A stretch of 64,000 nucleotides of DNA from Octopus vulgaris (lineage: Eukaryota). The notes beneath the pieces were generated by a model. The model ran no database searches and was not told the origin of the DNA. It saw only the letters and a list, made by a program, of their open reading frames with translations. Positions within the stretch are counted from its first letter, which is position 1; each line of letters starts with the position of its first letter. The position numbers were made by a program, and so were the translations under genes. Of this stretch, positions 30,206 to 43,534 are shown piece after piece. The DNA lies in the NCBI GenBank assembly GCA_951406725.2, contig OX597826.1:19716001-19780000 (forward strand), written 5' to 3'.

Positions 30206-30779
30206 ATATATATATGGCATAGGAGTGTGTGGTAAGTAGTTTGCTTACCTTTGTCGTAGACAGAAGTCATTTTTTGGTGGAGAGTTCTTGCTGCTTGATG
30301 TCACATCTTTTGTCGTGAAATATTGAACTTTGAGTCACGACTACAGGTAGGCGTTTGTTGTATTTTTTTGAGGGCTTAGTGGAGTTTGTTGCCTTGTATT
30401 TAATATTTTTTGGTGAGTAACAGTCTCCACTCTGCTCCAGACATTTGCCTGCCTGTGGTCATGTGTAAAGACTCACTTTGCAGTGAGAATTGTGTTTTTG
30501 AGGAGGCATAGCCCCTCCGCAAAAATTAATTTGTCTGCGAAAATTGTCTTTGTGTTTGTGAATTTCCACTGGATTACCAAGGAGTACCAAGGCAGGAAGG
30601 ACTATTTTTGCGACTGGAATGCCTGTATTATTACGGAGTTGCAGAATTGTGTTGCCGTGGATTGAACTGTCTTCCTTCATTCTTTTTTTCTGCTCTGTCT
30701 TTCCGTTCTTTTTTTGTGTTTATTACTGAACTTTTATTTAGAACATTTGAACTTTTGTTGAACTCTTTTTTGTTTCTTT

Positions 30780-31753
30780 GTGGTTTTAAATGGCAACAAA
30801 GAAAACCACTGTGCTGGAGTGGGAAATTGTGCCCCCCAAGCAATGAATAAAGGACCAAAATGAGAGAATGGTGGTGTTGAGGACATACTCCAAGTCACTC
30901 GACACCATCACTGTGTTCTCTCAGGACGAAATTGAAAAAGAGTTGGCAGAATACCTACCAACTATCAAGTATATTGCAAGGGGTGTCAAATTTGCAACAG
31001 TGTGGTTACTGTTTGACACCCCTAAAGAGGCTAGTTTGTTTGCTAGTCAGCCCCTGGAAAGGGAAAAAATTTTGTTTCTCCCCACATATTGGGGGAGGAA
31101 ATTGACAAGAGGCTGGGTGAGTGGACTGCCACCCGGAATAGAGCCTGAGTGGATAGAGGATACTACTATCCGCCGGGGTCTGGGTGGCAGTGGAGCCAGG
31201 CTCTTGAATGTTTAGAATGCTTCCTGTGACTGATTGGGTGGGGTTGACCCCAATCCACCAAAGATCTGGTCTTCCCAGATTTTCTAAATATGGCTGGTTC
31301 TAGGCATCCGGTGATTCTTGAGGGACGCCTCCCCCCCATGTGTCACCTGTGCCTGGATTCGGGTCACATCAAGAGGAAGTGCCCCAACAACCATGCAAGG
31401 GCACTGGAAAAATTAATAGGGGAGGATGTTTTTCCTCCAACGGAGCTTCTCAAGCATATAAAGGAAGGTGTAGAAAAAGTCGAGGAGGAGGTAACCCCCT
31501 CGAAAGGAAAAAAAAGAAAGGTGGACAACAATGGTTGCCCACCAATGGATCTCGTGGCGAAAGTTCCTTTGATAGTCGGAACCTAATAGAGCGGCCTCCG
31601 CAGGTGGCTGCTCGGGTATTGGAAGAAAGGAACCTTTATTACATAATGGACTCCTTCTCAAAGGAAAAGTACAGATCATGTGTGAAGGACCCCAACTTGC
31701 AGTTGCTGGAATGCCTGCAGGAGGCAAAAAAGTTCGGTAAATTTTATATCTAG
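30780..31753 (+). pseudogene. Degraded non-LTR retrotransposon ORF1-like sequence (gag-like zinc knuckle)
   Basis: CHLCLDSGHIKRKC (CX2CX4HX4C) preceded by VILEGRLPP and an RRM-like segment (VSGLPPGIEPEWI); broken frames. Confidence 0.7.
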
Positions 31754-31909
31754 GGGATCCATGTTGTTCATTATGGCATTACATGCCATCATTTCGTTTT
31801 AATATCGTAATTAATTTGGTCTGCTAATTGATTATCACTCCTACGTACATCAATACTAAATTTTAATTTTCAAAATATTTTGTAGAAAAATACAAACTTC
31901 TTAGGACAA

Positions 31910-34287
31910 AACTACAGATTTCTGAGTGGAGGTAAAGACAATGTACCGCACCCCACTTTGAGATTTTTTTTTTCTTACAGGAACCCACTATATCGAGCAC
32001 AGAGATTCCGAATCTGCAAAAAAAATCTGCATTTTAAAAATTTAATTAGTTATCTCTACTAATGTTTCACGCATACATGGAATTATAAAATAACAGACGC
32101 AAAAAGTATCTAAACGGAAAACCTGACATGCCAGAAACACGTTTTCAAAATTTTGATACCAAAGAAAAAAATTCCAAAATTTAAATCCACCCAAACCGGA
32201 AAACTGACAAGCTAGAAACAACAGCCAAACCGAGGGTCAACTTTCTAAATACGAATTACCAAAAGAGAAAAAAAATTGTTGTCATTTTGTTGCGTGTGTG
32301 TGTGTGTGCAAAAAATTTTTACACACCTCTCTTAATTCCAAAAGACCTTGACCACAACATGTTTAGTTATGTTTGTCATGAAAACATTAGGAGAGAAAAC
32401 CCTTTAATTTCACTTCTTGTCATAGAGCGGGGGGAATGGGTGTTTATTTTATTATTTTTTTTTTGTTGTAAAATTGAACTTTTACAGAATTTTTTTTTCT
32501 TCAGAATCCTAATCTCCGTATTTTTCTGCGTTATTTCGCAAAAAAAAAAAAAAGCTTTTTAAAAAGTGAAAATTTAAGAAATTTAGGGGAGGCTGATCAT
32601 AACTTTCAGAAAAATGGATATTTTTTAATGAAATTCTCTACAAATATACCTCGGACTATGTGGATTCCGAGAACATAATAATTTGGGGGGAAAACAATTG
32701 GGGGTTATTTTTGAGGACCGTTCCCCACTCGGGGGTGTTTCGGAACAAGTCGTCCATATTTGTTTCGTAGATTTCTACTGAAGACCGAGCAATGAAGGCA
32801 AATGAAGCCCTCACCAGAAAACTCGTTATGCTAAAAATAACAGCTACAGGTCTGATACACAGAAATATCTTAAGACGACTTATCTGTTGCATACGATCTT
32901 TTTTTCACTTTAAGTAAATTCCCAGGTCAACATTTCGGCGCTTCTTTAGAAGCGCACCTCTCCAAGAAAATGACGCTTACTTGTCAAAAAAGTTACGAAA
33001 ATGGGAAATATATCCAAAATAAATAAAGTATGCAAAACATTAGGAAGATTCATTCATTTTAAAATATTTTATACTAAAAAATTAAATACGGAAACCCGGG
33101 CACCTGCGAATATAAACAAACATGCGGAACGATAACTTTTACCAGTCAGATATTATTAATGCTACAAGGGGTCGGCCAATATCGCCTGCGAATTAGAAGA
33201 AGACCGGTTCACAATCTTTTTCGTAAAGTCAGTTTATAACTTAATATGTCAAATGTTGTGCCTGAACGGGAAATATCACATCATAAAATGGGCGAAAGTA
33301 AAGCACTGCACCTAACCATAGCGAACAGAGCAAGTCGTTGTAGGATCGACTACTAGCTAGCGCGGATGCGCGCACCGCGACCACTGTTCGCTCTTCGGAC
33401 CACTCCAACTTGTGCGCGCAGTAAAAATATCTGATTAAAAACTATCCAGAATTTGCAAGCGTTATTGCCGTATAATTAATAATATCTGATACAAGTTGCC
33501 ACCACTTGTATCGTCCGACGTGTTTGTTTATATTCGCGAATGCCCGTTTTCCGTTTTATTTTTTAGTATCAAATTTTTTAAAATCGATGAATCTTCCTAA
33601 TTTTTTGCATACTTCATTTATTTTGGATATATTTCTCATTTTCATAATCTTTTTTTAGAAATTAGACGTCATTTTCTTGGAGAAGTGCGCTTCTAAAGAA
33701 GCGTCAACGTTTCTAATAGAAAGGAAGAAGGCATCAGAAGCAAAAATAAATAATATACACGCACAGTTAAATATAGAAGTGTAAAGTATAATTTGTTACA
33801 TAATCCCTATAGTAAACAAGATACTGAATGGAATAAATCCCTGTTTAAACTTTTTTAATGACATTGTGTGTGTGTGAAATCTATAGATGCAGAAACGCAC
33901 AAAAGGAAGAAAGTGAAACAAATAAGGACGACTTGTTCCGAAACACCCCCGAGTGGGGGACGGTCCCCAAAAATAATCCCCCGTTGTTTTCCCCAAAATT
34001 ATTATGTTCTCAGAATCTAAATAGTCCGAGGTATATTTGTAAAGAATTTCATTAAAAAATATCCATTTTCTTGAAAGTCAAGACGAATTGAAGTGGACGA
34101 CGGTGAATTTTCCGAACTTCCCCACCCTCTCTTAAAACACTTTCCACCACAAGTTTTGTATATTCGAAATCGAAATGATATAACATATATTCGTAGTCAA
34201 TTCCATTAAAAAATATCCATCTTTTGGAAAGTTATGATCATCCAAAGTCGGAGGTGGGGGTGGGCAGAAATCTGTAGTTATGCCACT
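31910..34287. mobile_element. Nested foldback/MITE complex
   Basis: Three concentric inverted pairs: 31910-31925 with 34265-34280, about 32595-32766 with 33914-34078, and about 32938-33135 with 33509-33705. Confidence 0.7.
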
Positions 34288-34365
34288 TCTTAGTAAAGAA
34301 TTTTAGAAATACACTTTAATTCTTTTTTTCTTTCTTTTTTTAAAAAATCTTTCAGAGATTCTCCA

Positions 34366-34732
34366 GGTGCAAGAGTGGCTGTGTGGTACGTAACTTGCTT
34401 ACCAATCACATGGGTCCGGGTTCAGTCCCACTGCATGACACCTTGGGCAAGTGTCTTCTACTATAGCCTCAGGCCAACCTAAGCCTTGTGAGTGGATTTG
34501 GTAGACGGAAACTGAAAGAAGCCCGTCGTGTATATATATATACACACAGAGATGTGTGTAAGTGTAGGTTTGCGTGTCTGTTTACGTCCTCGTAACTTAG
34601 CGGTTCGGCAAAAAAGACCGATACAATAAGTACTACGCTTACAAAGGATGAGTCCTGGGGTCGATTTGTTCGACTAAAGGCGGTACTCTAGCATGGCCGC
34701 AGTCAAATGACTGAAACAAATAAAAGAGTAAA
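34366..34732 (+). mobile_element. SINE family A
   Basis: Same head and tail as 20817-21228. Confidence 0.88.
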
Positions 34733-34919
34733 AATAAGGAATATAGTTTTGCTACGAAGATGACTGCACACGCCAAATGTTTAAGAATATATGTTAAAGA
34801 TAACAAAAAAATAGTCAAATAACGGAAGAATAATGATCGAACTACATAATATAAACACACCGTGGAGCCACTTTGCACCTGAGCAACTGTATACAATAAT
34901 TTCATTAGATTATATTTAA

Positions 34920-35511
34920 GATGAGTGGTCCCGGTGCGTGTACTCGCGTACTTGCACATCCGCGCTTGCTAGTCGTGACTAGTCCATCCGACAACGCCTA
35001 CCTAGCGCGAGTGCGCGTATGAAAATTAATAGATGGTTTCTTTTAAACAAAATAATTTTTTACACAAAGTAAATAAAGCACAAAAACACAAAGTAAATAT
35101 TTTTTTAAAACAAAGTAAATAAATTATTTTTTTCTAAACAAACTAAATAAATTCGGAGTGCGTCCAATGGGATTACTGAAATAGATGTGAAACCAAGGTG
35201 AACCATTCCGAAAATTTTGTCGCTCCTTTAACAAATGTTCATACAAATTCGGTTGAAAGTTATTAGAAGAACGTAAAACGACGTTTTAAGAGGATGATGG
35301 CGATCACCCAAAACAGGTAGGGTGTTATTTTTTATTTAATTTGTTTAGAAAAAAAAATTATTATTTACTTTGTGTTTTATTTACTTTGTTTAAAAAATTA
35401 TTTACTTGGTGTTTTACACTAAGTAAATAATTTTATTTACGCTAGGTAGTCGTTATAGGATCGACTAGTCAGGACTAGCTAGCGCGAGTACGCGCACCGG
35501 GACCGCTCTTC
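34920..35511. mobile_element. MITE with TTAA target duplication (Kolobok-like)
   Basis: ttaa|gatgagtggtcccggtgcg ... cgcaccgggaccgctcttc|ttaa, long imperfect TIRs. Confidence 0.75.
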
Positions 35512-35739
35512 TTAAATAGTACCATTATATTAATGATAAGAGACCTGCAACACTTCAGATTAAATTGAAATCTAACATTAATTTAGAATTCATAAAGTTG
35601 AAATAGAAAATAACTAAATGTAACTCTTAACGTTTTCAGTGTAACGAGCGAATACTTTTAAAGACAAAAACCAAAACAAAATAGACCATAGTTAATTACC
35701 TGTGAATAGCAGGAGAATTGATAGAAGAGCATTCATGTT

Positions 35740-36410
35740 GACACTAGCGACTGGCAATGGCGAAAACCAGAGATAAAGAGAAACAGTGAGAGGAGAAGCG
35801 GGAGAAAGCGAAAGAACTTTGTTCTCGGCTGATGGAAAGTTGTGCGATCACTAAACATTTGTGGCAGGCATAAAAGTGCATTGGAGAAAAGAGGCGGAGT
35901 CAAGAGATTATACGTATCGGTCACTTTAATATTACAGTGGAGAGACGATAACAGGCTAGCGAAGTTATCCGCGTGAGTGTTCGTAGGGAACAATGTAACA
36001 GGTTTCGCTTAACCGACAATTTATCGGTAAATATTTCGTAAAGGACCCGTTCACGGTTTTTTTTCCTTCTTTCATTTCCAGATTATTTCGACGAATCTCA
36101 TATCTTCGCCATCTTGATGTTTTCACAGCAAATATCGGGTTGTCCTTTATCGTAGATAGTTGTTACGTGGTAGCAGGGTGTGCTAGAGATAGCAGCCAAA
36201 TCTTGTCTTTTCTGGAGAAAAAAAAAACCGTTTACGCGTGATTCTGTTGTCACATTCGTTGAAAGCATGCGAAATAACACGGAAAAGAAAAAAAACCCGC
36301 GAAACAAAACTCCGTTGGTTGGAAACTTCGAGGTCTCCACCAACCTTCCCCCGTTTCTTTTCCGGAAAAAAGTGGCTTGCCGCGGGTTTAGAAGTCAGAT
36401 ACGCTGAATG
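35740..36410. promoter_or_regulatory. Possible promoter or 5' transcript region (CpG-retaining unique sequence)
   Basis: Locally high CpG content, YY1-type CGCCATCTTG at 36107-36116 and an acceptor-like polypyrimidine-CAG ending at 36081. Confidence 0.3.
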
Positions 36411-37123
36411 TGCAAGGGTCTAGCTTGACCCTGCCTGAGATTTGAAACCAAATCCACCGGCTTGTTGCTTGTCAAAACGAGCGGGAAATCCTCCACACTA
36501 GATGATTGATGAGGAAACACTCCACCCCCTAAGACCTGTACTGGTCAAGGAAAGATCAGTCCTTTGTTTAAGGTTTGACCTACATTACTGACCATAGCCT
36601 ATATAACAGAGAATTTTCTATCTCTTCCTCTTATGTGTCAGCTATGACCAAGGGGCAACACCGGCTCTTAGGTGTCAGCCAGACCAAAGAACAACACCCG
36701 CTTTTGCATCAGCCTTAACCAAGAGCAGCACTTCCCTTTGCCCTTCGCTCGATATGCGAAGAGAAGCTTTCGGCCGTAAGAAAGGCAATACCGCCTTTAT
36801 CCTTTCTTCCTTTCTAGTCAGCACCTTGACTACCTTACTCTTTTCCTCTCTACTGACAGACAACCTTTTTCTACAGATCAACTACTAACCAGCGAGTCGT
36901 TCTTGTCGCCACTATCACTAGATGTGCTACTGTCTCTGTAACAACCTGTCGGGTAAATGAATGAACATATGTAAATAACATTTCTTCCTTCTTCGTGTTA
37001 ATTCTTCGATGTACACTCGTTACTCCGATGCGAGAACATTGAAGCATTACATCTATACGCTACATTTAGTAGTGGTCTACATCGTATCAAATTGATATGG
37101 CACACCACAACCAGCCCGCTACA
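36411..37123 (+). mobile_element. LTR (TG...CA) of an LTR retrotransposon
   Basis: Starts tgcaagggtctag and ends cccgctaca, followed by PBS-like tttgg; its 5' half recurs inverted at 37128-37426. Confidence 0.65.
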
Positions 37124-37127
37124 TTTG

Positions 37128-37440
37128 GAAAGCTTCTCTTCGCATGTCGAGCAAAGGGCAAAAGGAAGTGCTGCTCTTGGTTAGGGTTGATGCAAAAGCG
37201 GGCGTTGCTTCTTGGGTCATAGCTGACATATAAGAGAAAGTGATAGAAAATGCTCTCTGTTATAGAGGCTATGGTCAGTAATGTAGGTCAAACTTTAAAC
37301 AAAGGACTGACCTTTCCTTGACCAGTACAGCTTCTAGGGGGTGGGGGATTTCCCGCTCCTTTTGACAAGCAACAAGCCTGTGGATTTGGTTTCAAATCTC
37401 AGGCAGGGTCAACCTAGACCCTTACACTACTCCCCCGCTA
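37128..37440 (-). mobile_element. Inverted partial 3' LTR with polypurine tract
   Basis: Minus strand tagcgggggagtag|tgtaagggtctagg..., homologous to 36411-36771 with gaps. Confidence 0.65.
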
Positions 37441-37714
37441 GTGAATTTCTTAACAAAGAAACGAACGACCTACATTTTAAGACAATAACGTTCAATTGTA
37501 AAAAGTCTTTTGTTGTTGGTGAATGTGATGCAAGGCTGAGAAAAATTGTGCATATCAGGAGAGACTCTTGACATGGTATACGGGACACGTATCTATTCAT
37601 GTGTATCTGAATAGCAGTGTCGCTTTGCTTATGCAGAATGTGCCAGTCTGAGGCAGAGTGCACGACTGAGGCAGAGTGAACGAGTGTGTGCATGAGTGCA
37701 GAATGTGCCTGTTG

Positions 37715-37945
37715 TGCATATGCCTGTGTTTGTTCCCCCACCATCCTTGGCAACCGATGTGGGTGTGTTTAGGTCCCCATAACTTAGCAGTTCAGCAAAA
37801 GGAACTGATAGAGTAAGAACTAGGCTTACAATGAATAAGTCCAGGGGTTGATTTCTTGAACTAAAACCTCTTAAGGTGGTGCTCCAGCATGGCCAGAGTC
37901 AAATGACTGAAATGAAATGTAAAAGAATAAAAGAAAAGAGTAAAA
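37715..37945 (+). mobile_element. SINE family A 3' half, diverged
   Basis: tgtgtttgttccccc...ggtgctccagcatggcc...taaaagaataaaag. Confidence 0.75.
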
Positions 37946-38196
37946 GATTGCAATCTTGAAAAGAATCTTTTTCAAAATTTCAATTTTCTTTAAACTGCAT
38001 CCTCCCTGGCTTTTGATTTTTCTGAGGAAAATAATGATGAATTTTTAATTGTCACTGCTATATCTTCTTTCGGATTGTGATGGGACAATAAAACAACTCA
38101 TTGGAGTATTTTCTTAGCTTGTTTATAACCGTATATAATGGAGTGATACACATTATGTGTATTCGCTTTATTCACAGTTCATACTGTCTACTAAAT

Positions 38197-38580
38197 CATC
38201 ATTATCATCATCATCGTTAAACATCCGCTCACCATGCTAGCATAGGTTGGACGGTTCAACTGGTGTCTAGGAAGCCAGAAGGCTGCACCAGGCCCAGTCT
38301 GATCTGGTAGTGTTTCTACAGCTGGATGCCCTTCCTAACGCCAACCACTCTGTGAGTGTAGTGGGTGCTTTTTACGTGCCTCTGGCACGGAAGCCGGACG
38401 AGGCTGGCAATGGCCACGATCGGATCGTGCTTTTTATGTGCCACTGGCATGGAGGCCTTTCAGGGCGGCGCTGACAACGGCCATGTTCGGATGATTCTCT
38501 TACATGCCACCGGCACTGGTATCACAGCTACAATTTCTGTTGATGTTGATCGATTTTGATTTTGATTTTCACTTGCCTCA
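38197..38580 (-). mobile_element. RTE LINE 3' UTR fragment
   Basis: Reverse complement of the 29595-30045 UTR, including the (TGA)n tail. Confidence 0.85.
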
Positions 38581-38707
38581 GCTTGTGTATAGGCACTGTA
38601 GAACTGCAGCACCCCCTATTTCTACTAAATAATTATCGATAACATTCAATATAATGTGTCCTTTTTTCTTTAATTCTTTCTTTATACTTGTACATTATAT
38701 AATCCTT

Positions 38708-38841
38708 AAATTCCTCTGAGGTCGACTTTGCCTTCATCCTTTCAGAGTAAATAAATTAAGTGCCAGCTGTGTACTGGGGTCGATCTAATTGACTGACTGC
38801 CTCCCCCAAAATTTTGGGCTTGTGCCTAGAGTAGAAAAGAT
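38708..38841 (+). mobile_element. SINE family B fragment
   Basis: gaggtcgactttgccttcatcctttc...aaattaagtgccag. Confidence 0.65.
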
Positions 38842-40585
38842 TATATAATCCTTGAGCTTAATGTCAATAGCCATCCCCTTGTTTATGAAAAAAATACAAA
38901 AATCCTTGTATAGAACTGTGTTTGGCTTTTGTGCACATGCTCATATGTCTGAGATAGGAAACTGCATGCTAGGGAGAGAGAGAGAGCACTGTGGTTCATG
39001 CAGTGCTGATCCTGGTGTGCTGATGAAAGGTAGTGTTTCTTTTTGACTCTGCGTGTGTTGTGCTTAAAGATGTATTTCGATTCTTGAATGTGATAAAGTG
39101 TAGAATTAGATTATTATCCTGCTGCCAGGATTTGAAAAATAGGGCAGATTTTCATCCCCTTATGTTGTGATTTAGGGGGATTTTTGAAAAACAAGGGGGA
39201 ATTCCCAGAGGTGTTCAGTGAACAAATTAAACACACTACCCAGCAGTGGCTAAAGCATGAACTGATCAAGTTTATGCATAAACTTTCTTTTTAAATGTTT
39301 GTTTCCTTCTACACAATATTAAAACAACGGCTAAAAAATTTTTGAAGCAGCGCCGCCACTAATTTTATCGATGTATTTTTAAATTTTGCCAGTTCAATAT
39401 AATGTATGGGAAAATTTAATGTCCTTTGACTCCAGAAATGTTCAACAATTAATTGCAAATCGTATGTTTCAGTGCAGAACAGTGCATGCCGCCATTTTCA
39501 AAACTTTGATCCCAACTGACACATGTTTAATTTAAGGTTAAATTGGGATGAAAAAAGTTGTTAAGATTGTTTTTTCTAAGAATCAACAAACATTATGGCA
39601 TTTATATTTAAAGCTAATAATTGGTGGCTATCAACATTTGACAGATTATTTGCTTTTTTGATACATGTAGCCAAAAACAAACATAAACCTACCACAGCTC
39701 AAAATATATTTCACATGTGTGCATCTCCTTATCCCACACACACTCCCAAGAAACTCACACCCATCATTGTGTGCTCATCTCGGTACTCATAACCTCAGAT
39801 TCAGTTTGTTTTGAATGTATGGTAATTAAAAACATTTAAGAGCATCAGTTTTCAGTTGAAAAGTTCTCTTTTACTGGTAAAATAAAATAAGCCAACCAAT
39901 GGCAGTGGGTTTAAATCCTGTGGCAAGTGGACATCACATGCATAAACAATTTTCAAAACTTGATCCTATTTGTATGTTGTTACTGTTTGTCCCAAAATAG
40001 CCTAGATGCTGAAACTGGTGTTGTGCAACAATGGGATATCTTTCTGCGCTCTTACATTTGCCAACCCAAATTCATCACTCTGTCATTAAAACACTTTCCT
40101 TCAAAACCATGTCAGTTACTTCCAGCACTCAACCAATTAACAAAGCTGCTGTATTGGCATTAATGTTATGGGGTTTATGCATTCTGGAGGTGAAACATAC
40201 AATTTGTTTTATATCTTTTTGAAAGAGCTCAGATCTATGTTAACTATTTACCCAAATCATTGATCAAAACAGCCAAAAAATAAATCAGGATAAGACTTGA
40301 AATTTCTTGGGACTCTTTCAGTAAAACCACACAGATATGGATATCTTTAGAAGTGGCTCATCGAGCCACTACTTACAATATTCATATCTTTTTGGTTTTG
40401 TTGAAAAAATGTAAGAATTATCTTTGAAAAATGGACATATGCTAGTTTGACTTTCAGAGTGTTGTGATTAACTGAATGTTATATATGTGAGGATAACTGC
40501 TGGCAGATCCTTATGCAGGTAGGCCTGTGTCCATATACAACACTAAAAATGAAAATCATGCTGCAGGCCTAACCAATTTCTTAAT

Positions 40586-41054
40586 CAGGATTCCTGCAGG
40601 TCCTTGAATTCCTTGAATGCCCTTGAATTTCAAAAGTAAAATTCCAGACCTGGAAAATCCTTGAAAATTATACAGACACACGAAATCCTTGAAAAGTTTG
40701 GATTTTATATTTAAAAGTTTTATATTCAGTCCACTTCCTGTACTACAGAAGTAATATTGTTCTACTTAAACTGTTAGTCTGAATTCATATTTGCAATGTT
40801 TCCACAGGCAACCAGCACTGGCATGGAAACATTGCTACACATTAATCAACAACTTGAGGAAATAGATTAGGCGATATCTAAACAATTTGAGAACCTAAGT
40901 AGTGTAAATAGCTTTGTTTTATCAGAAGGATGTCCTTGGAAACCCTTGAATTTTTTGTGGAGTGGTCATGACAGTCCTTGAATCTAGCTTGAAAATACCT
41001 TTGGAAAGCCTTGAAAACCCCTGAATTTTCATTTTAAAAACCCACAGGAACATT
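40586..41054. mobile_element. Non-autonomous DNA transposon with subterminal ccttgaa repeats
   Basis: About 10 copies of ccttgaa clustered at both ends, with degenerate TIR-like termini caggattcctgcagg and cccacaggaac. Confidence 0.55.
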
Positions 41055-42655
41055 AATTGCCTTTTTGATGTTTGACAAAAAGCTATTATTCTATGTTTTG
41101 CTTTACATTTGAGTAAATATTTTATCCTTTGCTAGTGTATTGAAAATGACTGCGTTTTTTTTTTATTTTGATTTGCAATCATTGGACTGAAAATGGCCCT
41201 AGGCTGGGCATATGATGATATTAATATTCACTTTGAGTACTGTTTTAGCCAGACTGTGTGTGTGTGGAGTGGGGAGTGGTTGTACTAGCTTCGGTAGGTT
41301 CTGACATAAAACAGTAGTGAACATTTATGAATGGGAAGCTTTCAGTTTGTATCTGTCTTCAACTGTAGAGTTAGTCAAATCCAAGGAATTTATGCCAGTA
41401 GATTGTTGCCTTTGTGAATAATACATGAGTAAATGGATGTGAGTGCATTTGTTATTCTCACATTATGAGCTACTTTTAAGTAACATAATTAATTAATTTC
41501 AGCGGCTGTTCGCAAGACTATGAAAAATGCAACAGAAGCAGAGTGACTCGAAAATGGACTGAAATGGTGACAGAAATGGTGGCTGAAGGAGAAGAGAAAT
41601 AAATTTGGACTAGAAAGCACTTGACAATGAATCTGCCACAGATCTCGGGTCTGCACTAATTGAAAATTAAGATAACCCATTCACAGATTACCTCAATTTT
41701 CTAAGGTAATCCATTTTAGCAATACACTGGTAACAATAAGCTGTATAACTTTGCATACATGGTTTTGTCTTCCATTCAAATTTCTCATTCACTGGGTTAG
41801 TAAGTAATACTCCTCTCTGTGGTTTCAAATACAATTTTATTGATGATATCTCTCGCATTTTATGTGTTTTTCCTATTTCTGCACATTGTAAGTATATTCA
41901 TTTTTAACAAATCTCCCAAATTTCAAGTCATAAAATTGAGCCCTAAAATTACTCCTTATTTACCAGTTTTTTATGTGCAGATATGAATGATTGTTGAGCT
42001 TTGTCAAAATAGCCACAGCTGTATAAGTAACCTTAATATCAATTAAATGAATATCTTAGTTTTACAGTGTATATTGGCCAGTATATTTTGTCTTTATTTT
42101 TATTAACTTTTAAATGTTGTGATTTACTTTCATTGTGTAAATAGCCATTTTTCAAAGTTTTAATTTATAAAATAAATGAAGTTTGCAAAGAAAAATGAGT
42201 TGTTTATTAAAAATTTTTTTCTGGCAATTTCTACATGATTTTTCAGATATTCCCATACACATGCCATGTAAACTGATGCTCATACACTTACTTCTTCAAA
42301 ATAAATTTGATATTGTTTCTCTTTAGCAGTGGGTGGTCCAAATTGGCTATAAATTGAAACAATATTACATTTTTATTTTCAAACGTTGGGTGGGTGAGGC
42401 TGGAATCAGAGCAATTCATGCCAGGGATCTTGTGTAATGCTATGGAGAACATGAAGTGTGGCCAATGTCGAACCCAAATAAATGGCCACTCTCTCAATAC
42501 TAGTGCAATTGATGAAGTATTACACTTCAAAATCAAGAGCCCTTCACAGTTCAGCTATTCACTTACTCATTTCCTTCGAATACCACAAGTGATCCTTCAT
42601 CACCATTGTCATCATGTTCTACTGCTCCTAACTTTAACACAACTAAACAATTATA

Positions 42656-42943
42656 GGTGTAAGAGTGGCTGTGTAGTAAGTAGCTTGCTTACCAACCACA
42701 TGGTTCCGGGTTCAGTCCCACTGCTTAGTACCTTGGGCAAGTGTCTTCTACTATAGCCTCGGGCTAATCTAAACCGTGCGAGTGGATTTGGTAGACAGAA
42801 ACTAAAAGATGCCCATCATATATATGTGTGTGTGTATGTATTTTTGTGTGTCTGTGTTTGGTCCCCCCAACATCGCTTGAGAACCGATGCTGGTGTGTTT
42901 ACATCCCCATAACTTAACTGTTTGACAAAAGAGACCAATAGAA
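42656..42943 (+). mobile_element. SINE family A, 3'-truncated
   Basis: Same head as 20817. Confidence 0.85.
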
Positions 42944-43031
42944 TGTGGTCAATCCGACCACATTTACTAACACTTTTGCCTGTACAACTGCTTGATAGAC
43001 AACGTCCTCCCTTTTCACAAATATATAGTAG

Positions 43032-43075
43032 ACTAGCAGAGAAACCCGGCCTTGCTCGGGATTAAAATAGTTTAT
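43032..43075 (-). mobile_element. Helitron 3' terminus
   Basis: actag followed by hairpin cccgg-ccttgc-tcggg, which is hairpin plus CTAGT on the minus strand. Confidence 0.55.
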
Positions 43076-43534
43076 TATTGTTTTACTTGTTTCGGTATTA
43101 TAACCCAATTTCATTCACGTCTACGCAGGCCACATTTTAAAAGATGAAGAATTTTTCCCTAGAAAACTCGCAAACTCGCCAGCACTTTTAACAAAGGCGT
43201 GCAAAGTTTCAGCTCAATTCGACCACATTTACTAACAATTTTGCCTGCACAACTGCTTCTGAGACAGCGTCCAACCTTTTCACAAATATATTCCAGAAAG
43301 AGCAGTAAGATTTTGAAATTCTTCCTATAATAATATTGTATATGAAGTGAGATGTTTGACTTGCCTTAATGTTTGGTGCCTCATTTAACAATTCTATATC
43401 CGCTACATCAGAAACCTGCAATGGCTCCAGAACTACTGTCTCGGCAATAATCTTGGAGCCCCAGTAATCCGTTACAGCACTTACTTAGCGTACACAATCA
43501 CCTGTGAACTAAACTTTATATATCTTTATATATA

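Noticed and set aside
41208-41310. C/D snoRNA-like AUGAUGA...CUGA
   Set aside because: No terminal stem or recognisable rRNA antisense element, and it contains a (TG)n run.
42394-42756. 120-aa ORF as a host exon
   Set aside because: No recognisable domain, and it runs into a SINE.
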